Assembly: GCA_964016885.1 (NCBI GenBank) | Contig: OZ024766.1 | Coordinates: forward strand, 22,196,001 to 22,260,000 | DNA from: Eledone cirrhosa | Taxonomy: Eukaryota | Direction: 5' to 3' | DNA: 64,000 nt | Part shown: one piece after another, positions 55,773 through 64,000 of the stretch | How positions within the stretch are numbered: the stretch's first letter is position 1 | Layout: each line of letters begins with the position of its first letter | The notes under the pieces: model-generated | What the model was told of the DNA's origin: nothing | Database searches by the model: none | Seen by the model: only the letters and a program-made list of their open reading frames with translations | Program-made: the position numbers and the translations under genes

Positions 55773-56848
55773 TATACATACATACATTTTATGTTTGTCT
55801 CTCTATATATCTACCCCTCTCTCTATATATATCTACCCCTCTCTCTCTATATATCTACCCCTCTCTCTATCTATATATCTACCCCTCTCTCTATATATAT
55901 CTACCCCTCTCTCTATCTATATATCTACCCGTCTCTCTACCCCTCTCTCTACCCCTCTCTCTATCTCTCTATTCACCCCTCTCTCTATATCTCTCTATTC
56001 CTCTCTAGAAACGTGTTTGAAGCCGAAAGCGAAAGTGAACGAACGAACTTCCCCCTCTCTATAATATTCCTGCTTTACTCTCTCCGTCTCTCTTCCCTCT
56101 CTATATAACACGTCTTTGCTTGTTTCTCTCTCTCTAGTTTTACTGCTTTACTCTCTCCGTCGCTCTTCCCTCTCTATATATTATACCTCACTACTTTCAC
56201 TTTCTCTGCTTATACCCCTCTCTCTAACATTGCTGTTTTACTCTCTCCGTCGCTCTTCCCTCTCTATATTTAATACAACGGCTTTACTCTCTCTCTCTGG
56301 TGCTTTTACCCCTCTGTATAATTTTTCTGGTTTACTCTCTCCGTCGCTCTTCCCTCTCTACATATAACACGTCTTTATGTTTTCTCTCTCTGCTTTTATC
56401 CCTCTTTATAATTTTAACAGATTTACTCTCCCCCTCTCTAAATAATATAGCGGCTTCACTCTCTCTCTCTCTGCTGTTTATATCCCTCTCTATAATTTTA
56501 TTGCTTTACTCTCTCCGTCGCTCTTCCCTCTCTATATCATTACATCGGCTTCACCCAGCGGTTTCTTTGCTGTTCCCCCTCTCTATAATTACACTGCATT
56601 ACTCTCTCTGTCGCTCTTCCCTCTCTATATACAACACAACGGTTTTACTCTCTCTCTGCTGCTTTCACCCCCCTCTATAAGTTCACTGGTTTACTCTCTC
56701 CGTCGCTCTTCCCTCTCTATATAACGCAACGCCTTTACTATCTCTGCTTTTCCCCCCTCTCTATAATATTACTTATTCACTCTCTTTCTCTCTATATATA
56801 ATACAACGGCTTCTCTCTCTGTGATGCCCCCCCCCGCTTCTCTCTCTC

Positions 56849-56881
<33 letters not shown>

Positions 56882-57046
56882 CATGATTTCCTTCGAATGA
56901 AACAGTTCTAGTCCTGTAGAAGACATTTCTATATTAAATTTTGTTGTATATACTCTACTAATGTATTGAGTACCTTACTTACTGTGGTTACTCCCCCCCC
57001 CACCACCACCGATTGAATCCAGGACACACACACATAGTGAGACTAA

Positions 57047-57104
57047 TCCATTACCAAAGGTTTCAGCAGAACTCTAGACGTTAACATACGCCTCATCAGA
57101 CAGA
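57047..57104 (-). ncRNA. Type I hammerhead ribozyme motif with a 3-bp stem III
   Basis: tctgt CTGATGA ggcg...tgct GAAA cc-ttt-gg TA atgga. Confidence 0.6.
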
Positions 57105-57523
57105 GAGTTTTATACATAGAGCACTTTTTTTTTCATTGCTTTTTCTTCGGAAATACTTAACATATATATATATATATATATGGAAAGTTATATTTAAAAT
57201 TGTTGGGTTAATATTTAATATATTAAAGTACCAGTAATGCACTGGGTAATTGCTGGCCTTGTCCGCTTACATAAATAATGTGAGGCTTCTGGTAAGATGA
57301 TTGAACAAGGAAGCCACTTTCTCAACAGGTTGTAGTTCAAGCTATATCAAGCGTTAACCTAATATATTCCTTCACTATACTGTAGCGATTGTGTTATTTC
57401 TGTTTACCTTTTACATATATATATATGTGTATATATGTAATGTGTATGTGTGTATATATATGTAATGTGTATGTGTGTATATATATGTATATATGTATAT
57501 ATGTGTGTGTGTATATATATATA

Positions 57524-57554
<31 letters not shown>

Positions 57555-57848
57555 GTGTGTGTATATATATATATATATATATGTGTGTGTATATATGTGT
57601 GTGTATATATGTGTGTGTGTATATATATATGTATGTGTGTGTATATGTGTGTGTGTGTGTATATATATATGTGTGTGTGTGTATAATGTATATGTGTGTA
57701 TATATATATGTGTATATATATATATGTGTGTGTGTGTGTATATATGTGTGTGTATATATGTGTGTATGTATGTATGTGTATATATATATATATATGTATG
57801 TATGTGTATATATATATATGTATGCGTATATATATATATATATATATG

Positions 57849-57879
<31 letters not shown>

Positions 57880-58073
57880 GCATGTGTGTGTGTATATATG
57901 TATATATATATATGTGTATATATATATATATATGTGTATATATATATCTCTCTCTCTCTCTTTATATATATATATATATATATATCTCCATCTAACTACG
58001 TATCTCTCTATTTCCAGATAAATAACCAGGAACTGTAACTCTATATATATAACCCTCCCACCCACCCCTTACC

Positions 58074-58189
58074 ATGGGGAAGGAGAACGAACTTTTGGAG
58101 GCTGCTCGAACTGGTAACATACAAAGTATTGAACGCCTCTTATGTTACAAGACGCGGAAGACAACGGGACCTTTAAATGCTTTAGCGAG
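58074..58189 (+). CDS. ANKS1B: First coding exon of an ankyrin repeat and SAM domain protein (ANKS1A/ANKS1B, Odin/AIDA-1 family)
   Basis: accATGG start; reads MGKENELLEAARTGNIQSIERLLCYKTRKTTGPLNALA then AG|GTAAG (phase 2). This matches the recalled ANKS1B N-terminus MGKDQELLEAARTGN..VEKLL. An upstream acceptor tctctatttccag ends at 58017. Missed by the ORF track. A versus B paralogy cannot be resolved. Confidence 0.88.
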
Positions 58190-58371
58190 GTAAGAAGTTC
58201 CACGCATTTATCATCATCATCATCATCATCATCATCACCGTTTTACGTCTCCATTCTTCCACGCTAGCATGGGTTAGACGGGTTGTCCTGTTGTGGGCAA
58301 TGCCAGCTCGGGTGACCTTGTCTTGCTCATACAGAAATGATTTGGCTTGGTTTCTACAGCTGGATGCCCTT

Positions 58372-59154
58372 CATCATCATCTCATTTAACGTCCGCTTTA
58401 TCCCTGCTTGCAAGGGTGGGACGGGAACCGATTCTGGCTTGATTTCTACAGCTGGATGCCCTTCCTAACACCAACCTCATTTACAGTGAGTGCTGGGTGC
58501 TTTTTTGCCGTGGCACCTCCACGACCCCTTTACAGTGAGTGCTGGGTGCTTTTTTTGCCGTGGCACCTCCACGACCACTTTACAGTGAGTGCTGGGTGCT
58601 TTTTTTGCCGTGGCACCTCCACGACCACTTTACAGTGAGTGCTGGGTGCTTTTTTTGCCGTGGCACCTCCACGACCACTTTACAGTGAGTGCTGGGTGCT
58701 TTTTTTGCCGTGGCACCTCCACGACCACTTTACAGTGAGTGCTGGGTGCTTTTTTTGCCGTGGCACCTCCACGACCACTTTACAGTGAGTGCTGGGTGCT
58801 TTTTTGCCGTGGCACCTCCACGACCACTTTACAGTGAGTGCTGGGTGCTTTTTTGCCGTGGCACCTCCACGACCACTTTACAGTGAGTGCTGGGTGCTTT
58901 TTTGCCGTGGCACCTCCACGACCACTTTGCAGTGAGTGCTGGGTGCTTTTTTGCCGTGGCACCTCCACGACCACTTTGCAGTGGAATGATAGGGAACCCA
59001 GTCCCTATCATCTCATTTCTACAGCTGAGTAAACTGGAGCAATGTGAAATAAAGTGTCTTGCTCAAGGAAACAACACATCACCCGGTCTGAGAATTGAAC
59101 TCACAACCTTTCGATTGCAAGGCCAATGCTCTAACCACTAAGCCATGTGCCTCC
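58372..59154 (-). mobile_element. tRNA-derived SINE with an internal 49-51 bp tandem expansion (about 10 units)
   Basis: Head (box A and B) at 59090-59154, tail at 58372-58470. Confidence 0.92.
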
Positions 59155-59345
59155 ATTTATTACTATATATATATATAAATAGTAATAATAATAAATTTGA
59201 AGACTAAAATCCAAAGAGGGCTCGATAAGGATAAATATATATCAGAAGTTTCAGAAGATCCCGTTAAGGGTGAAAGCAACGATTCTTTGCTTAAACTTTA
59301 ATCTGTTATTTTAATAAATATATATATATATATATATATATTTAT

Positions 59346-60084
59346 GGAGGCACATGGCTTAGTGGTTAGAGCATTGGGCTTGCAATCGAAAGGTTGTGAG
59401 TTTAATTCTCAGACCGGGTGATGTGTTGTTTCCTTGAGCAAGACACTTTATTTCACATTGCTCCAGTTTACTCAGCTGTAGAAATGAGATGATAGGGACT
59501 GGGGTCCCTATCATTCCACTGCAAAGTGGTCGTGGAGGTGCCACAGCAAAAAAGCACCCAGTCCTCACTGTAAAGTGGTCGTGGAGGTGCCACGGCAAAA
59601 AAGCACCCAGCCCTCACTGTAAAGTGGTCGTGGAGGTGCTACGGCAACAAAGCACCCAGCCCTCACTGTAAAGTGGTCGTGGAGGTGCTACGGCAACAAA
59701 GCACCCAGCCCTCACTGTAAAGTGGTCGTGGAGGTGCTACGGCAAAAAAGCACCCAGCCCTCACTGTAAAGTGGTCGTGGAGGTGCCACAGTAAAAAAGC
59801 ACCCAGCACTCACTGTAAAGTGGTCGTGGAGGTGCCACGGCAACAAAGCACCCAGCACTCACTGTAAAGAGGTCGTGGAGGTGCCACAGCCAAAAAAAGC
59901 ACCCAGCACTCACTGTAAAGTGGTCGTGGAGGTGCCACGGCAAAAAAGCACCCAGCACTCACTGTAAATGAGGTTGGTGTTAGGAAGGGCATCCAGCTGT
60001 AGAAATCAAGCCAGAATCAGTTCCCGTCCCACCCTTGCAAGCAGGGAAAAGGCGGACGTGAAATGAAATGAAATGAAATGAATG
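59346..60084 (+). mobile_element. tRNA-derived SINE with an internal 49-bp expansion (about 9 units), head-to-head with the previous copy
   Basis: Starts ggaggcacatggcttagtgg and ends ggcggacgtgaaatgaaatg. Confidence 0.92.
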
Positions 60085-60125
60085 ATATATATACTTAATT
60101 AGAAAGTGAACACCACAAAATATTA

Positions 60126-60192
60126 CTCCATTACCAAAGGTTTCTGGATCCCAGACAAAATAATAAACGTCTGTATCGTTCATCAAACGGAG
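60126..60192 (-). ncRNA. Hammerhead-like motif (core variant TTGATGA)
   Basis: ctccgt TTGATGA acgata-cagacg..tgtctg-ggatcca GAAA cc-ttt-gg TA atggag. 6-pair stem I; same stem III as 57047-57104. Confidence 0.5.
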
Positions 60193-60774
60193 ATGTTATG
60201 GATAGAAAATATGAATTATTACCTGGTCAGTAAAATAAAGTACCAGTAATACACTGGGGTATTTGCTGGCCTTGTGCCCCCCAAAAGTAGAAAATATGAA
60301 TTATTACGGGGTCAGTAAAATAAAGTATCAGTAATACACTGGGGTAATTGCTGGCCTTGTGCCCCCCAAAAGTAGAAACAATTATTACGGGGTCGATAAA
60401 ATAAAGTACCAGTAATACACTGGGTAATTGCTCGCCTTGTGCCCCCAAAAGTAGAAATAATTAATTAATTGAAATACAGGGTTCCTATTTAAATTAAAGC
60501 CTTCCAACATAATTTTCAAGTATTTAATAAAATTATTAATTAGTTCATTATTAAGTTAATATCTTAGTTAATAAAATAATTAATAATTTTAATAAATCCT
60601 TCAAAATTCTTTATTAATTAATTGAAATCCAGAGTCACTATTTATATTAAAATCTTGCAATATAATTTTATATAAGAGCCATATTTTATGTTATAAAAAG
60701 CTGTTTTAATTAAACTAATATTAATTAAATCCCTCTAAATTTTTTATTAATAAATTTACTAATTATTTAATTAG

Positions 60775-60813
60775 AAATACAGCAGTAACGAAAGGGTTAA
60801 ATGCTTTAGCAAG
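60775..60813 (+). CDS. Candidate 39-nt frame-preserving micro-exon of ANKS1
   Basis: tactaat...ttaattag|AAATACAGCAGTAACGAAAGGGTTAAATGCTTTAGCAAG|gtgag. Phase 2 to phase 2, encoding (R)NTAVTKGLNALA. Confidence 0.5.
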
Positions 60814-60935
60814 GTGAGCCTGATATAAATATATTTATCTGCCTGTCTATCGGTATGTCTCTCTCTGTCTCTCTCTCTGTCTCTCTCTCTCTCTCTGTCT
60901 GTCTCTCTCTGTCTGTCTCTCTCTGTCTGTCTGTC

Positions 60936-60970
<35 letters not shown>

Positions 60971-61096
60971 GTCTGTCTCTCTGTCTCTCTCTCTCTGTCT
61001 GTGCCTGTCTCTATCTCTCTCTCTTTGCCCCTCTCTCTCTTTACACACACACACACACTCACACTCACACTCACACTCACACACACACACCACCAT

Positions 61097-61128
<32 letters not shown>

Positions 61129-61170
61129 TCATCATCATTTAACGTCCATCTTCCATGCTTGCATGGGTTT

Positions 61171-61224
<54 letters not shown>

Positions 61225-61418
61225 AAGAAAGATGAAATCGAAAATGCAACTGGAGTCTTTTTTTTTTTTAAATGTATATTTATTTGGTTCCTTTACGCAG
61301 TTCTTCTGCTTTTCAAAAATAGAGTTGAGATGGAGGGTCTGTGGTTTTTCTCACATCTGAGAAAAGAGTGAGAAAAACCACAGACCCTCCATCTCAGAAG
61401 AACTGCGAAATCGGTAAA

Positions 61419-63037
61419 GGCACCTCCACGACCACTTTACAGTGAGTGCTGGGTGCTTTTTTTGCTGTGGCACCTCCACGACCACTTTACAGTGTGGGCT
61501 GGGTGCTTTTTTGCCTTGGCACCTCCACGTCCACTTTACAGTGAGTGCTGGGTGCTTTTTTGCCGTGACACCTCCACGTCCACTTTACAGTGAGTGCTGG
61601 GTGCTTTTTTGCCGTGGCACCTCCACGTCCACTTTACAGTGAGTGCTGGGTGCTTTTTTGCCGTGGCACCTCCACGACCACTTTACAGTGAGTGCTGGGT
61701 GCTTTTTTGCCGTGGCACCTCCACGTCCACTTTACAGTGAGTGCTGGGTGCTTTTTTGCCGTGGCACCTCCACGACCACTTTACAGTGTGGGCTGGGTGC
61801 TTTGTTGCCGTGGCACCTCCACGTCCACTTTACAGTGAGTGCTGGGTGCTTTTTTGCCGTGGCACCTCCACGTCCACTTTACAGTGAGTGCTGGGTGCTT
61901 TTTTGCCGTGGCACCTCCACGACCACTTTACAGTGAGTGCTGGGGGCTTTTTTGCCGTGGCACCTCCACGACCACTTTACAGTGAGTGCTGGGTGCTTTT
62001 TTGCTGTGGCACCTCCACGACCACTTTACAGTGTGGGCTGGGTGCTTTTTTGCCTTGGCACCTCCACGTCCACTTTACAGTGAGTGCTGGGTGCTTTTTT
62101 GCCGTGACACCTCCACGTCCACTTTACAGTGAGTGCTGGGTGCTTTTTTGCCGTGGCACCTCCACGTCCACTTTACAGTGAGTGCTGGGTGCTTTTTTGC
62201 CGTGGCACCTCCACGACCACTTTACAGTGAGTGCTGGGTGCTTTTTTGCCGTGGCACCTCCACGTCCACTTTACAGTGAGTGCTGGGTGCTTTTTTGCCG
62301 TGGCACCTCCACGACCACTTTACAGTGTGGGCTGGGTGCTTTGTTGCCGTGGCACCTCCACGTCCACTTTACAGTGAGTGCTGGGTGCTTTTTTGCCGTG
62401 GCACCTCCACGTCCACTTTACAGTGAGTGCTGGGTGCTTTTTTGCCGTGGCACCTCCACGACCACTTTACAGTGAGTGCTGGGGGCTTTTTTGCCGTGGC
62501 ACCTCCACGACCACTTTACAGTGAGTGCTGGGTGCTTTTTTGCCGTGGCACCTCCACGTCCACTTTACAGTGAGTGCTGGGTGCTTTTTTGCCGTGGCAC
62601 CTCCACGTCCACTTTACAGTGAGTGCTGGGTGCTTTTTTGCCGTGGCACTTCCACGTCCACTTTACAGTGAGTGCTGGGTGCTTTTTTGCCGTGGCACCT
62701 CCACGACCACTTTACAGTGAGTGCTGGGTGCTTTTTTGCCGTGGCACCTCCACGACCACTTTACAGTGAGTGCTGGGTGCTTTTTTGCCGTGGCACCTCC
62801 ACAACCACTTTACAGTGAGTGCTGGGTGCTTTTTTGCCGTGGCACCTCCACGACCACTTTACAGTGGAATGATAGGGACCCCAGTCCCTATCATCTCATT
62901 TCTACAGCTGAGTAAACTGGAGCAATGTGAAATAAAGTGTCTTGCTCAAGGAAACAACACATCATCCGGTCTGAGAATTGAACTCACAACCTTTCGATTG
63001 CAAGGCCAATGCTCTAACCACTAAGCCATGTGCCTCC
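61419..63037 (-). mobile_element. tRNA-derived SINE with a large internal 49-bp array (about 29 units)
   Basis: Head at 62870-63037; unit gcacctccacgaccactttacagtgagtgctgggtgcttttttgccgtg. Confidence 0.92.
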
Positions 63038-63199
63038 CCATATATATATATATATGTATATATGTATATACATACATATATATATATATATATATATTAT
63101 ATACACACATATATATATATATATACACCCATCATTCTACATACATTCAGCTATGTTAATGCAACAGCAATTATTTTTACAGTTGGATGCACTGCCAGT

Positions 63200-63239
63200 C
63201 TTACTACTACTACTGCTACTGCTACTACTACTACTGCTA

Positions 63240-63271
<32 letters not shown>

Positions 63272-63293
63272 ACTACTACTACTACTACTACCT

Positions 63294-63327
<34 letters not shown>

Positions 63328-63473
63328 CACTACCACTACTACTACCTCTACTACTACTGCTACTACTACTACCACTGCTACTACTACTACCACTGCTACT
63401 ACTACTACTACTACCACTGCTACTACTACTACTGTTGCTACTACTACTACCACTGCTACTACTACTACTGCTG

Positions 63474-63513
<40 letters not shown>

Positions 63514-63955
63514 CTCTACTGCTACCTCTACTGCTACTACCACCTCTACTACTACTACTACCTCTACTACTGCTACTACTACTACTACCACTACTACTAC
63601 TATCACTACTACTACTACCACCACCACCAGCACTATACACTACCACACTATTCCCCCCCCCCCCATACCATCACTATACACCACCACACTACCACCACCA
63701 CTATACACTACCACTCTACCACCACCACCACCCCATACCAGCACTATACACCACCACCACTATACACTACCACTCTACCACCACCACCACCACCCCATAC
63801 CAGCACTATACACCACCACCACTATACACTACCACTCTACCACCACCACCACCCCATACCAGCACTATACACCACCACCACTATACACTACCACTACCAC
63901 CACCACTATACACTACCACACCACCACCACCACCCATACCACCCCTATACACCAC
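63200..63955. repeat. (TAC/TGC)n and CAC-rich simple repeats
   Basis: Read directly. Confidence 0.9.
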
Positions 63956-64000
63956 ATTCAAATAGAAGAATACAAGGCTGGTAACTCCGCACCTCTTTGC

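Overview
This is an AT-rich, microsatellite-saturated animal genomic window. The SINE/LINE repertoire and the (TA)n/(CA)n density suggest a cephalopod such as an octopus (inference). Almost all ORFs in the supplied track are microsatellite or minisatellite artefacts. Two real genes are supported. The first is a minus-strand TMEM86A/YhhN lysoplasmalogenase: a 21-nt start exon at 18461-18441, a 10.7-kb intron and a large exon at 7717-6539, with a repetitive C-terminal extension. The second is the first coding exon of a plus-strand ANKS1A/B ankyrin-SAM protein (58074-58189), possibly followed by a 39-nt micro-exon. The rest is decayed LINEs (RTE, CR1-like, R4/Dong), tRNA-derived SINEs sharing a tail with the RTE LINE, MITEs and many minisatellites grown out of SINE/LINE segments. 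The most striking unannotated signal is a set of about 10 minimal type I hammerhead ribozyme motifs (CTGATGA...GAAA with pairable stems). They sit in short non-coding elements next to (TA)n tracts, often as fold-back pairs, including a nested four-ribozyme palindrome at 36.1-37.1 kb; they are probably Penelope-like or retrozyme-like termini. A 5.2-kb inverted satellite structure at 47.0-52.2 kb resembles a foldback element.
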